Shown: positions 53,102 to 63,379, counted from the stretch's first letter. The stretch: 64,000 bases of DNA from Flavobacteriales bacterium (GCA_030149285.1 JASBRU010000006.1:64170-128169), one strand, 5' to 3'. Notes: generated by a model from the letters alone, not told the origin. A program made the numbers and translations.

Positions 53102-53943
53102 GACTTAAAATAGTAACCATACTATGTATTATACTTTTTAGTGCCTGCGATGCACCTGCACAAAAAACATATACTCCGGATGACAGAAAGTTTAAAAAAC
53201 TTACGGCTGTTGCATACCCAAATTATGAGAAAGATTTTGCTGCAACCAAAGATGACTCTTTAAAAGGCGTACGCTATTTTAGTTGGCTAGATAATGCCCT
53301 GGCTCCTTTTGAGCTAGAAAAAATATACCTAAGCCAAGAGATAAATGATATGAACTTTATCTTATACCATTGGAAAAGCAACTATGAGCAAAATGTACGT
53401 GTAATATCTATGGTGCTTGCCAAAAAAGAAAAAGGTACTTACAAAGCTGTAAGCAGCTTACCGGAAGAGCAAATGATAATCTATTCTGCCGAAGCCGATA
53501 AAAAACCCAAAATAAAAGAGGTGATAACCTGGGGCAGTTATCCGGCTATAGTTATAGAAGATGAGTTTTTTCATCCTGAAAAAGGAGTGCTTACGCTCAA
53601 TAAAAAAATATATGCCTTGATAGAGGGTAAAGAGCTTAAACAAGTATATGCTTATGCAGAACGCAGCCGTAACAAAGTAAAAGAAACCTATTTGTTACCC
53701 GATGAAGTTATTGACCCCGGCAACCCCGTTATCAATGACATCTCTAATTTACACGATGCAGAAAAAGAGTTTTTGTTTGATAGATTGGAAAGAGTTGAAA
53801 TAATAGAAACCGAAAACGGGATGCCTAATTTTAAGATACACACATACAACTACACCTATGATGCAACTGCGCAAAAGCTACTTATAGATAAGCAAACTGT
53901 GCAAATGACTTGGAAAAAAAGAGGCTACATATACTACAACTAA
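53098..53943 (+). CDS. Hypothetical lipoprotein
   Basis: MRLKIVTILCIILFSAC lipobox; ATGA overlap with the upstream gene. Confidence 0.5.
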   Translation: MRLKIVTILCIILFSACDAPAQKTYTPDDRKFKKLTAVAYPNYEKDFAATKDDSLKGVRYFSWLDNALAPFELEKIYLSQEINDMNFILYHWKSNYEQNVRVISMVLAKKEKGTYKAVSSLPEEQMIIYSAEADKKPKIKEVITWGSYPAIVIEDEFFHPEKGVLTLNKKIYALIEGKELKQVYAYAERSRNKVKETYLLPDEVIDPGNPVINDISNLHDAEKEFLFDRLERVEIIETENGMPNFKIHTYNYTYDATAQKLLIDKQTVQMTWKKRGYIYYN

Positions 53944-53999
53944 AACCTCTTTGGCGTAATTATTGCAGTAAAACAGTTGTTAAATATTTACTGTAAGTA

Positions 54000-54542
54000 A
54001 TGAAAAGAACCAGAATATTATTGGGCATTGTATACATACTACTGTATGCATTATTGCTACTGATAAGATCTTCTTCTCCAGACCAAATTTTAGAAGGAAA
54101 AGAAACTGAGGCAGTATTTATTACTATGCGTAGCCCCACTACTATACTTGTAGCTCTTACACTTAGTTTTATATTGCTATATAAAGCAGTAGCTTATTTA
54201 CATCATAAAAAATACGAACTATTAACCGCTTCTACCCTTGCAGGGCTTAGTTTGCTATTTGTTGCCGGCCAGGTAATTGTGCAAGAACCATATAGTGTAG
54301 AAGAGTACTTTATAGTTATTAAACTAAGAGAAGAGAAGTTTGAAAACAAGAAAGATTATTATCAATATCAAGACCTCAACTATTTTTCTCAACAACTACC
54401 GCAATACCCCAAATATTCCGACTCTCTAGGCGGCTTATTTAGAGAGTACAAAACGGGCAATAACAACCATTTTAGAGTGTTTAATGGTTTTGGTCCCATT
54501 TTTGCCTTAGAAGATAGAAATTATGAATCTTTAAGTCAGTAA
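54000..54542 (+). CDS. Membrane protein, tandem paralogue 1
   Basis: Three TM helices followed by a soluble tail ending FRVFNGFGPIFALED. Confidence 0.5.
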   Translation: MKRTRILLGIVYILLYALLLLIRSSSPDQILEGKETEAVFITMRSPTTILVALTLSFILLYKAVAYLHHKKYELLTASTLAGLSLLFVAGQVIVQEPYSVEEYFIVIKLREEKFENKKDYYQYQDLNYFSQQLPQYPKYSDSLGGLFREYKTGNNNHFRVFNGFGPIFALEDRNYESLSQ

Positions 54543-54552
54543 ACACTCTTTT

Positions 54553-55092
54553 TTGAAAATTAAATTACTCATACTTCCTGCATTTTTATTGCTCTACTAT
54601 ATGGTAATGCTTAGTATTTATTACCAATACATGGGAGATATTTTACTCTCTGGTGGTACTGCCCCCTACCAAGTAACCACGCGTAACCCTATAAGCATAT
54701 TCATTTTACTTGGGCTGGTTTATTTAATGGCAATAATGGGTAAATATTATATGAAGCGCAAAAAAGTAATACAAACTATGGGCTTTAGCTTAGCTGCAGG
54801 CCTTTTCTTTTTTATGTCCGGACAAGTAGTGGTAAACAAACTAAGTAGTGTACAAGAGCAGTTTGTAATCATTAAAATAAAAGAACATCATTTTGATATG
54901 GTAACAGCGGGCTTAAACTATGGTGGCTATGACCCCCTATACCATCAAAAAGATGAATACCCTTGTTATGAATACTGCCAATCTATATTTTTTAGGTATT
55001 ACCAAGTAGGCCCTTATAAACAGTTTACAGTTTTTAGAGGTTTGGGTCCTTTATTTAGTTTAGAAGAAAATAAACTTTGGCCAACTAATTAA
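54553..55092 (+). CDS. Membrane protein, tandem paralogue 2
   Basis: Same topology and length as paralogue 1; the tail ends FTVFRGLGPLFSLEE. TTG start in the track. Confidence 0.5.
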   Translation: MKIKLLILPAFLLLYYMVMLSIYYQYMGDILLSGGTAPYQVTTRNPISIFILLGLVYLMAIMGKYYMKRKKVIQTMGFSLAAGLFFFMSGQVVVNKLSSVQEQFVIIKIKEHHFDMVTAGLNYGGYDPLYHQKDEYPCYEYCQSIFFRYYQVGPYKQFTVFRGLGPLFSLEENKLWPTN

Positions 55093-55607
55093 GCCTCATC
55101 TACAAGCTTTTTAAAGCTATTATACTTCTCATCGCTATTCTTTTGGAATATAGATTTTGTTAAAGAAATAATAGATTTCATAATTAAGCTTTTACCTTCG
55201 GTTACAGACTTTTCTGTAACAATTGTTCCATCCCCATCAGACTTAAAGTGTACCTCTTGCTTACTCAAAAGAATATCATTTTCTATTGTAAAAACGTATA
55301 GTTCGTCCTCTTTATACTCTACAAGAGTTTCTGTCATTACATACTCTTCATCATTCTGTACAATTATTACTTCATAAGTACTACCGGGTGTAGTAGCATC
55401 GCCACTAAGCACTTTTTTGCTTTTAAAGCCTTGCATCCACTCGGCCATCAATTCTGTATCAGAAAACATATCCCAAGTTTCTTCAACCGGCTTATTGGTG
55501 GTAATGGTAGTCTCATAACTAATTTTGGGTACAATAACACCAATAAGTATAAACCCTACTGAGATTAGCACAACTATTATTAAAAAAACCTTAAAATATT
55601 TCATCAC
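55089..55607 (-). CDS. Membrane-anchored SRPBCC-superfamily protein
   Basis: Same architecture as 10946..11443 (N-terminal TM helix, then ...PVEETWDMF...W). Confidence 0.55.
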   Translation of the reverse strand: MMKYFKVFLIIVVLISVGFILIGVIVPKISYETTITTNKPVEETWDMFSDTELMAEWMQGFKSKKVLSGDATTPGSTYEVIIVQNDEEYVMTETLVEYKEDELYVFTIENDILLSKQEVHFKSDGDGTIVTEKSVTEGKSLIMKSIISLTKSIFQKNSDEKYNSFKKLVDEA

Positions 55608-55727
55608 AAAAAACTTATGTTATACCCCGCTAAAGTACTAAAAATAGGTGTTTAGATTGAACCATACTATTTCAAATTATATTTTATTATCAGTACATTG
55701 CATAGACATTTTAATACAGAATCCGCC

Positions 55728-56234
55728 ATGAAAAAAATTGCTCTTTTAGTTGCCTTGCTCTTTGGCGCTAGCCTTTTTGGTCAGAATAACGAGGTAATGG
55801 AAATTACCCAAATGCAATTACACAAAGGTCCACCCGCGGTTACCACATTAGATGTACTTACAAAGCATTTTGCAAAAACCGATAGTATTGTTGATGCCGG
55901 AGATGATGATTGCGTATACTTTACTACCGAAACAGACACCTATGAGCGTTACTACTTTAACGGTATAGTTTACATGGTTAAAAACAAACAAGAAGCATTT
56001 TTGTATAGTATAGACTTTGTTCTTTCGGGTATAGAAATTACCAATGTAAATATTAGCCTAAGTAAAGAAACAAGCTTCATCCAATTTATAAAAGTATACC
56101 GTAGCCCAAATATGGAAACTGTAAATGGCCAAAAAAGGGTATACGTTTTTACAGGATATGAATCTGACGATAAATGGATGCTTGTTTTTGAAAAAAGCAA
56201 ACTGATTGCAATGAGGTACCTTTCAGATTGTTAA
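55728..56234 (+). CDS. Hypothetical secreted protein
   Basis: Signal MKKIALLVALLFGASLFGQ. Start moved to ATG 55728. Confidence 0.5.
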   Translation: MKKIALLVALLFGASLFGQNNEVMEITQMQLHKGPPAVTTLDVLTKHFAKTDSIVDAGDDDCVYFTTETDTYERYYFNGIVYMVKNKQEAFLYSIDFVLSGIEITNVNISLSKETSFIQFIKVYRSPNMETVNGQKRVYVFTGYESDDKWMLVFEKSKLIAMRYLSDC

Positions 56235-56412
56235 TTTTTACTCAGGTATTACCACCTGTTTATTAGGGTTTATAAGCGTTTGTAATACAAATTTATTATA
56301 CATGAATAGCATTTTTGCAGATATAAACGATACCTTTATATAGATTAAAAAAACCGTGCTCAACTCAGCACAAACACAGCAATAGTTTTTATTGCTAAAA
56401 AAAACTTAAAAT

Positions 56413-57903
56413 TTGGATTCAGTAAAAAATCAACTGATAAGAATGCAACTCCTAGAGCTAGGCTCTAATATGGGTATTTGGGACTGGGACCTTGAGAGGG
56501 AAATAAAATGGTGGTCCGATAGATTTTATGCACTACTAGGTTATCAGCCCGGAGAAATAACAGCTTCCTATGATACCTTTATGGGACTTATACACCCAGA
56601 AGATGAAAAAGGAGTATTAATGGCATTTGAGTCTCATCTAAAAAACAATATAAAATTTGATGTACAACTGCGTTTACGCAGAAAAAGCGGTAAATACTTT
56701 TGGTACAGATGCCAAGGGCAAAGCAAAAAAAATGAAAAAGGTGAAGCCATACGAATGGCAGGCTCATTAACAGATATTAATGATTATAAACGCGCCGAGT
56801 ACGAAAGAGAAGTCAGCCGAAAAAACCTTGCCTCCTTTGTAAAACACGCACCTGCTGCAGTAGCCATGCTTGATAAAGACATGGACTATATACTAGTGAG
56901 CGATGTGTGGCTAAAAGACTACAAGCTAGAGGGAAGTGTTATTGGGCAAAACCATTACGAGATATTTCCGGAGATTGGAGATGACTGGAAAGAACAACAC
57001 AGGTTAGTACTAGAAGAAGGCAAAGTACTTACCAACAATAAAGACAAGTTTATTAGGGCAGACGGCTCTGTACAATACTTACAATGGGAAATAAGACCTT
57101 GGTATCAGTCAGATGAGATTGCAGGCATCATAATGCTTACCAATGTAATTACTGATATTGTAAAAAACGAAGAAGCCTTAAAAAAGAAAAACAAACAGTT
57201 AAAGGAGTTAGCAAAAAAGCTTACCTCGCAAAACACCCAGCTAGAGGACTATGCCTATATCACCTCACACAACTTACGCTCACCGGTTGGTAATATAACT
57301 GCACTTTTAAACTTATATAAATCAGATCCAACACCCGAAAATTTAGACTTTGCACTCACCAACATCACAGAGTCTGCAAACACCCTCAACCAAACCATAG
57401 ATAACCTAAGTGAGCTGTTTACAATAAAAAAAGAGATACACAAAAAACGTATCAACCTCAACCTAGAAGAAATATTAAAGCAGACTATGGCTAGTATAAG
57501 CCAAGAAATAAAAAGCAAAAAAGCTATTATTGAGTACGATTTTAGCCAAGCCACACATGTGCACTTCCCTAAGGCGTATTTAGAGAGTGTAATGCTAAAC
57601 CTGCTTACCAATGCCCTTAAGTACTCATCGCCCAAACGCAAACCACATATAGTATTTACCAGTAAAAACAGTAAAAAATTTACTACGCTTACCTGCACAG
57701 ATAATGGCTTAGGTATAAACCTAGAAAGGCATGGCGAGAAAATATTTGGGCTTAACAAAACGTTTCATCGTAACCCCGATGCACGAGGAGTAGGCTTATT
57801 TATAACCAAAGCACAAATAGAAGCGATGGGTGGAACCATAAACGTTGAGAGCACCGTAGATGAAGGAAGCACTTTTACAGTAACTTTTTTAAATACCCAT
57901 TAA
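56413..57903 (+). CDS. Dual-PAS sensor histidine kinase (paralogue of 49156..50271)
   Basis: Two PAS/PAC regions, H-box YAYITSHNLRSPV, N-box LLTNALKY, G-boxes DNGLGINL and GVGLFITKAQIEAMGG. Confidence 0.8.
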   Translation: MDSVKNQLIRMQLLELGSNMGIWDWDLEREIKWWSDRFYALLGYQPGEITASYDTFMGLIHPEDEKGVLMAFESHLKNNIKFDVQLRLRRKSGKYFWYRCQGQSKKNEKGEAIRMAGSLTDINDYKRAEYEREVSRKNLASFVKHAPAAVAMLDKDMDYILVSDVWLKDYKLEGSVIGQNHYEIFPEIGDDWKEQHRLVLEEGKVLTNNKDKFIRADGSVQYLQWEIRPWYQSDEIAGIIMLTNVITDIVKNEEALKKKNKQLKELAKKLTSQNTQLEDYAYITSHNLRSPVGNITALLNLYKSDPTPENLDFALTNITESANTLNQTIDNLSELFTIKKEIHKKRINLNLEEILKQTMASISQEIKSKKAIIEYDFSQATHVHFPKAYLESVMLNLLTNALKYSSPKRKPHIVFTSKNSKKFTTLTCTDNGLGINLERHGEKIFGLNKTFHRNPDARGVGLFITKAQIEAMGGTINVESTVDEGSTFTVTFLNTH

Positions 57904-58301
57904 TGACAAATACGCCAAAAGTAGCACTTGTAGACGACGATATTATTTACAGAATAACTACCAAAAAACTTATTGAGCATAAGCAATTGGCAAACGAAGT
58001 AATGTTTTTTTCTGATGGTGAAGAGGCTATAGATTTTTTAAGATTAAAGCAAAACACCCCTACAGATTTACCGGACATTATATTGCTAGATATAAACATG
58101 CCCGTAATGGATGGCTGGGATTTTTTAGAAGAATACATACTCTTAAAACCAAAAATTGGCAAAAGCATCATGCTATACATTGTAAGCTCATCTGTAAGTA
58201 AAGAAGACATTATTAGGTCTAAAAAAATAAGTGCAGTAACAGACTATATTGTTAAGCCCATTACCGATGAAGATTTGGCCACCTTATTTGAAAGCATTTG
58301 A
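57903..58301 (+). CDS. Stand-alone response-regulator receiver protein (paralogue of 50268..50663)
   Basis: VDDD pocket, ILLDINMPVMDGW, IVKPI. No output domain. Confidence 0.8.
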   Translation: MTNTPKVALVDDDIIYRITTKKLIEHKQLANEVMFFSDGEEAIDFLRLKQNTPTDLPDIILLDINMPVMDGWDFLEEYILLKPKIGKSIMLYIVSSSVSKEDIIRSKKISAVTDYIVKPITDEDLATLFESI

Positions 58302-58593
58302 TGCTTTAAAGCTTGTTTTAGGAATTTTTTACCTCTCTAGCCATTTGCATTATTTGCAAACCTAGGCTTACTACTTCTTCTTCGCTTACTATCGTATAAT
58401 AATTACAAAAAAAATTTAACTCTCTATTTGTCATCCTATTTTACTAGTTCAAAAACTCCATTTTCAATAAAAAACAAAATTTGTTTGTAAGAATTTTCTT
58501 ACTTTTCCAATCAGGTATTTAAACCTATTTTATATACAATATGCATTGGTTAAATTGCCAATACATCAGATATAGTACTTTACGGTTGAAGTA

Positions 58594-59043
58594 ATGATAT
58601 TTAATAAACGTGCACAAATTGCGCAGCCAGATGGTAAGCGTAAGAATATAGAAAGGTTGGAAGCAGGAGACCATATAATGGTAGCCGATGCAAATCTAAA
58701 CTGGAAAAAAGTAAAAATTGTTTCTTCAGTAAAAGATCCTATATACCCTATGTATCCGTTATTGGTAAATGTAGAGTTGGCAAACGGAAAGAGTTTAACC
58801 TCATCTCCGGACCAGCAATATCTTACACATAACTCTTTACCGGTAAAGGCAATAGATATTAACACTAACCATAAACTAAAAACTGTAGACGGAAAATACA
58901 TAGCTGTAAGAAAAATAGACCGAACGGTAAGTACAGAAAAAGTATATGGGCTTAATCTGCTAGCTGAAAACAATGAAGTACAATTGATAAATGTAAATGG
59001 CGTTATAGCATTAGAGAATATAAAAACGTTAGAACCGATTTAA
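58594..59043 (+). CDS. Stand-alone degenerate Hint (intein/hedgehog-like) domain protein
   Basis: Block-A-like AQIAQPDGKRKNIERLEAGDHIMV, block-B-like SLTSSPDQQYLTHN, C-terminal NGVIALEN. There is no Cys/Ser at position 1 and no block-B His. Confidence 0.4.
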   Translation: MIFNKRAQIAQPDGKRKNIERLEAGDHIMVADANLNWKKVKIVSSVKDPIYPMYPLLVNVELANGKSLTSSPDQQYLTHNSLPVKAIDINTNHKLKTVDGKYIAVRKIDRTVSTEKVYGLNLLAENNEVQLINVNGVIALENIKTLEPI

Positions 59044-59199
59044 GCCTGAGACCAGCAAAATAAACCTAGCTGCCCCCTGTCATGAAAATAGTACGATTGG
59101 GGGCTTTTTGTTTGCCTACACCAAAAATCACACTTAAGTATGATGTCCCAAAAATCTTATTAAATTAGGTTTGTGGCTTAATTATAAAAACACACAAAA

Positions 59200-59622
59200 A
59201 TGAGTACCGAAAAAAAATTAGTGGCACATGTAGGAGGCACATTTATTTACTCCAAAAACCCAAAAGAACTGGCAGACTGGTATAAAAGCAGGCTAGGTAT
59301 TAACTATGATCACTACGAAGGGCATGGTGTTTATTACTGTGCAATGCCATACAAAGATGTAGATAATGACCAAAAATCATACATAGTATGGTCTATTATG
59401 GACAGCGCAAACAGACCCACAGTTGAGGGTAAAGTATTTTGCATAAACTACCGTGTACACAACCTAGCGGACACACTAGAGCACCTAAAAAGTTTGGGCG
59501 AAACACTAGAAAAAGAACCTGAAACCTATGAGCAAGGAAAATTTGCCTGGATTTATGACCCAGATGGAAATTATATAGAACTTTGGGAAGACACCAACTT
59601 AGGAAAAGACATGCCAGAGTAG
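59200..59622 (+). CDS. VOC (glyoxalase/bleomycin-resistance) family protein
   Basis: C-terminal GKFAWIYDPDGNYIELWE is a typical VOC beta-alpha-beta-beta-beta end. Confidence 0.6.
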   Translation: MSTEKKLVAHVGGTFIYSKNPKELADWYKSRLGINYDHYEGHGVYYCAMPYKDVDNDQKSYIVWSIMDSANRPTVEGKVFCINYRVHNLADTLEHLKSLGETLEKEPETYEQGKFAWIYDPDGNYIELWEDTNLGKDMPE

Positions 59623-59683
59623 AACATGGTAGAATATTTTTTGTTAAATTGACCTGAAGCAAAAACAAAAAAAACTACTTACC

Positions 59684-60508
59684 ATGGAAGAAACTGACTT
59701 AACACAAATTATGACAAAAGTATGGGATTGGGTATTTGAAGTTGGCCCAAGCTTACTACTGGCAATTGTTACCTTATTTATTGGCTTGCGCATTATTAAG
59801 GTAATTAATAAAAACATACGCAAAAGCCTTAACAAAAGTACCGCCGACCCTACTCTTGCGCCTTTTTTAAGCAACGTTATTGGTGCATTACTTAAGGTAG
59901 TACTATTTGTTAGTGTAGCCTCTATGGTAGGTATTAAAACCACCTCTTTTGTAGCTATATTAGGTGCTGCAGGTTTGGCTGTTGGTTTATCATTACAAGG
60001 CTCGCTTAGCAATTTTGCAGGTGGTGTATTAATATTAATGCTCAAACCATTTAAAGTAGGCGATTTTATTACCGCTGCAGGCTATAGTGGTACGGTAGAG
60101 GAAATACAAATTTTTTATACCAAACTTACTACCCCGCAAAACCGACAAATTACCATACCAAATGGTGCTTTGTCTAATAATAGCCTTACCAACTTCTCTG
60201 CAAAAGAGCAAGTGCGCCTAGATATACCCGTAGGAATCTCTTATGATGCAGATATAAAACAAGCAAAAGAGGTACTAAAAGGCTTACTTACTGATGAACG
60301 TATACTACAAGACCCGGAGCCACAAATACTGGTTACGGAACTGGCAGATAACTCTGTAAACCTAAGCTTACGTATATGGGTAATGGCAGCAGACTACTGG
60401 CCACTAAACTTTGATATGCTAGAACGTATAAAATATGCGTTAGATAATGCAGGTATTGGTATACCATACCCACAACGCGATGTACACGTATATGAGCATA
60501 AAGCATAA
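59684..60508 (+). CDS. Small-conductance mechanosensitive channel (MscS family)
   Basis: Three TM helices, then the pore/beta-domain block GSLSNFAGGVLILMLKPFKVGDFITAAGYSGTVEEIQIFYTKLTTPQNRQITIPNGAL. Confidence 0.85.
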   Translation: MEETDLTQIMTKVWDWVFEVGPSLLLAIVTLFIGLRIIKVINKNIRKSLNKSTADPTLAPFLSNVIGALLKVVLFVSVASMVGIKTTSFVAILGAAGLAVGLSLQGSLSNFAGGVLILMLKPFKVGDFITAAGYSGTVEEIQIFYTKLTTPQNRQITIPNGALSNNSLTNFSAKEQVRLDIPVGISYDADIKQAKEVLKGLLTDERILQDPEPQILVTELADNSVNLSLRIWVMAADYWPLNFDMLERIKYALDNAGIGIPYPQRDVHVYEHKA

Positions 60509-61265
60509 AATAACAGTATTTTTACTACTATTTAGTTGGGGCTTTACCTATGGGCAAAGCCCCAACTCTGTTTTAGATAGTTTGGATGTGTACCTAACAG
60601 ATATATACACCAACTTTTTAAAAAGCTACAAAACAGATGATAGCTCTTTTTCTTTTGTGAAATCTGAAATAACAAATGGACTAAAGAGCCCCGGAAGTTT
60701 TGATTATGAATTTAAACACCTAGGCAGGCATATGTATGCCTTTAACTCACCAGATAATAAACTAAGAGTACATAATTTACTTTCTTGCGTTGGTCTAAAT
60801 ATAATTAACTGCTCATATATAACTTTTATACAACAAAAAACAGATAGTAATAGTCATACAGCATATTACTTAAACGATTATGTAGACATAAAAGATGCCT
60901 ATCCTTATGCAGTTCATAACATCAATAAAAATGGGCTTAATTATTACTTATTTCTGCTACACACACCACTAAAAAACTCTTTGAATGAATATAAAGCAAT
61001 GGTATTAAAACCCAAGGGACAACAACTAGTTGATGCCACTGATGAGTTTTTTAAAAAACCCAAAGACTATATAAATGTTATCTTTTTTTTCTTCCCCAGT
61101 ATAGAAACCAAACTGGAGTACAACCCAGAAACACAAGAAATCTCTTACAGCGGTTATTATCAAAAACCCGATGGTTCTTTTGAATGGGGAAAACCCGAAA
61201 CTGCTATGGTATGGAAACTTGTAGACGGCTATTTTGTAAAGCAAAACCCTACTCCTGAAAAGTAA
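60492..61265 (+). CDS. Hypothetical secreted protein
   Basis: Signal MSIKHKITVFLLLFSWGFTYGQ. Start moved to ATG 60492 (overlaps the MscS end). Confidence 0.5.
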   Translation: MSIKHKITVFLLLFSWGFTYGQSPNSVLDSLDVYLTDIYTNFLKSYKTDDSSFSFVKSEITNGLKSPGSFDYEFKHLGRHMYAFNSPDNKLRVHNLLSCVGLNIINCSYITFIQQKTDSNSHTAYYLNDYVDIKDAYPYAVHNINKNGLNYYLFLLHTPLKNSLNEYKAMVLKPKGQQLVDATDEFFKKPKDYINVIFFFFPSIETKLEYNPETQEISYSGYYQKPDGSFEWGKPETAMVWKLVDGYFVKQNPTPEK

Positions 61266-61343
61266 TTTTATGTGAATTGTCTATAGCTCATACAGGCATC
61301 CGTCATCTAGGTAAATACATTATTAATTTAAAAAATTACAACA

Positions 61344-61712
61344 ATGTCTTACTTAGAAAAAGTAACCGAAATGTACAACATGGTAAACAGAGGTCAACTA
61401 CTAGAAGCCTTTGACAAGTATTATCATACAGATTGTGTACTGGTAGAAGCTACCGGAGAAGTGCGCAAAGGAAAAGCTAGCAATATGGATTTTATGAAAG
61501 AGCATATTGAAAGTATAAAAGAACATCACGGAGCAGGTGTAGAAAAAATTACCGCCAATGAAACTGAAAAAACTACTATGGTTGAGGCTTGGGTAGAGCT
61601 TACCTTTAAAAATGGTATGCGCATGAAAATGGAAGAAGTGGCCGTACAACAATGGGATGGAGACCACATTATTCATGAGCGTTTTTACTACAACATGCCG
61701 GCCCAAAACTAA
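61344..61712 (+). CDS. SnoaL-like / NTF2-fold protein
   Basis: AFDKYYHTDCVLVEATGE...IIHERFYY, collinear with 48123..48476. Confidence 0.6.
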   Translation: MSYLEKVTEMYNMVNRGQLLEAFDKYYHTDCVLVEATGEVRKGKASNMDFMKEHIESIKEHHGAGVEKITANETEKTTMVEAWVELTFKNGMRMKMEEVAVQQWDGDHIIHERFYYNMPAQN

Positions 61713-61738
61713 ACTGGCACCAACACTACTAGAATGTT

Positions 61739-61762
61739 AACCCTGCAAAAGCAGGGTTTTTT
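61739..61762 (+). terminator. Rho-independent terminator
   Basis: aaccctgc-aaaa-gcagggtt followed by tttt. Confidence 0.75.
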
Positions 61763-61813
61763 ATTGCCCAAACCAAAAACTGTAGTATATTATGTTCACT
61801 AAACGAAAGCACA

Positions 61814-62506
61814 ATGAGAAAAATAGTATTACTAATTGGTTTTGTAAGCCTTTTACAACTTGGCTTAAAAGCCCAAAACAGCAATGTATTGCAAATTGGT
61901 TTATCTGCACCGGTTGGAGAGCTATCTAGTAACGATGGCTTATATGGTGGCTTTGCATCATCGGGCTTTTATTTGGGCTACGAGCATAAAAGACATTTGG
62001 GTTGGCGTGTAGGCTTTATAACCGTAAACCATTATACCCAACACGCATTAGATGAGAGCTTAGTAAACACTGCATACGAACAACAGTTTAGTATACAAAA
62101 TGTAAACTATAGCGGTGGTCCTTACCGAAGCCTTACTACTACCGAAGGGCTTTATATAGATGTTGTAGACAAAAACGGATTTGTAGTTACCCTAAAAGGA
62201 GGCGTAGGACTGGGTATTACTTATTTTGAAGACCAAACACTTAGCTGGACTGAACCCGGAGGCATAGTTACCCCACCTAGTAATAAACAACAAGAAAAAA
62301 CAGTACAACTAGGCACAAATTTCAATTCATATGGGGGTGCTAGTTTAGCCTTTAAATTTACCGAGGAAGTAGGCATAGGCTTTGACATCAGTTATACTTA
62401 CATAAACAACGCTACGGTAAAATTGGTAAACCCAACAGAAAGCGGAGACGGGCGTTCGCCAAACATTGTATACTTAAATGTAGGCTTAAATTTATTGTTG
62501 TACTAA
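61814..62506 (+). CDS. Outer-membrane beta-barrel protein
   Basis: Signal peptide and Gly/aromatic beta-strand periodicity. The conserved tail is GRSPNIVYLNVGLNLLLY. Confidence 0.6.
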   Translation: MRKIVLLIGFVSLLQLGLKAQNSNVLQIGLSAPVGELSSNDGLYGGFASSGFYLGYEHKRHLGWRVGFITVNHYTQHALDESLVNTAYEQQFSIQNVNYSGGPYRSLTTTEGLYIDVVDKNGFVVTLKGGVGLGITYFEDQTLSWTEPGGIVTPPSNKQQEKTVQLGTNFNSYGGASLAFKFTEEVGIGFDISYTYINNATVKLVNPTESGDGRSPNIVYLNVGLNLLLY

Positions 62507-62569
62507 GTCTATTCAACAAATTCGTATTATTTTAGCAGCCTATAAATAAATTATTTACACCTACACCCC

Positions 62570-63328
62570 ATGAAAAAACTATCACTCCTTCTTGCCCTAT
62601 TTTTTGCTTTTTCTACACTTAGTTATGCCCAATATGTTGAGGAAGATTATGAAGATGTGGATGAAGATGAAATATTTGAATTTGATATTTACGGAAACGG
62701 TTATATAGGCTATGCTTTTGCAGTAGGAGAACTGGCAAAAAAAGATGCACTAACCGGTGGCTTTGGTACCTATGGCATGTATGGAGGTTATGATATAAAA
62801 GGACATCTAATAAATGGCTTTGGTGGTATTGCCATGGCGCAATTTTCTTTTATAAGAGTAGATGATGTTTCTATGGCAAGATCCTACGAAGACCATTATA
62901 ATATTGATTATGTAAATGTAAGCACACCCTCATTTATAAACCTTAATACTATTTACGGCCTATACTATGAGTTTTATGGTACCGATAAACTTACAGCCAC
63001 TGTAAAAGGCGGTATAGGTTTTACATATATGATTATGGGGTCTCAATCCATTAGCTGGAGCGAAGACGACCCTATAAACGGGCTACAAACTTATTATGAT
63101 GACCTTTTTCCGCAAGTAAATATTTTTGGTTTTACAACAAACATTGGTGGTTCAGTAGAGTTTTTTATAAATGATATTTTGGGAGTCGGCTTTGATGTTG
63201 GATTTACTACTATCTCTAACTCAGAGGTTAAACTTATTGCCCCATATGGTGATAATGAGTTTAATAAAACCGGACGCTCACCAAATGTTGGTTACTTAAA
63301 CTTTGGGCTTAGTATTTTTGTTCAGTAA
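62570..63328 (+). CDS. Outer-membrane beta-barrel protein, tandem paralogue
   Basis: Same layout as the neighbour; the tail is GRSPNVGYLNFGLSIFVQ. An acidic DE-rich insert follows the signal peptide. Confidence 0.6.
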   Translation: MKKLSLLLALFFAFSTLSYAQYVEEDYEDVDEDEIFEFDIYGNGYIGYAFAVGELAKKDALTGGFGTYGMYGGYDIKGHLINGFGGIAMAQFSFIRVDDVSMARSYEDHYNIDYVNVSTPSFINLNTIYGLYYEFYGTDKLTATVKGGIGFTYMIMGSQSISWSEDDPINGLQTYYDDLFPQVNIFGFTTNIGGSVEFFINDILGVGFDVGFTTISNSEVKLIAPYGDNEFNKTGRSPNVGYLNFGLSIFVQ

Positions 63329-63379
63329 AAACTCAATCTCATTATAGCTGGTTTTGCAGTAGTTTAGTAACTTCACGAT

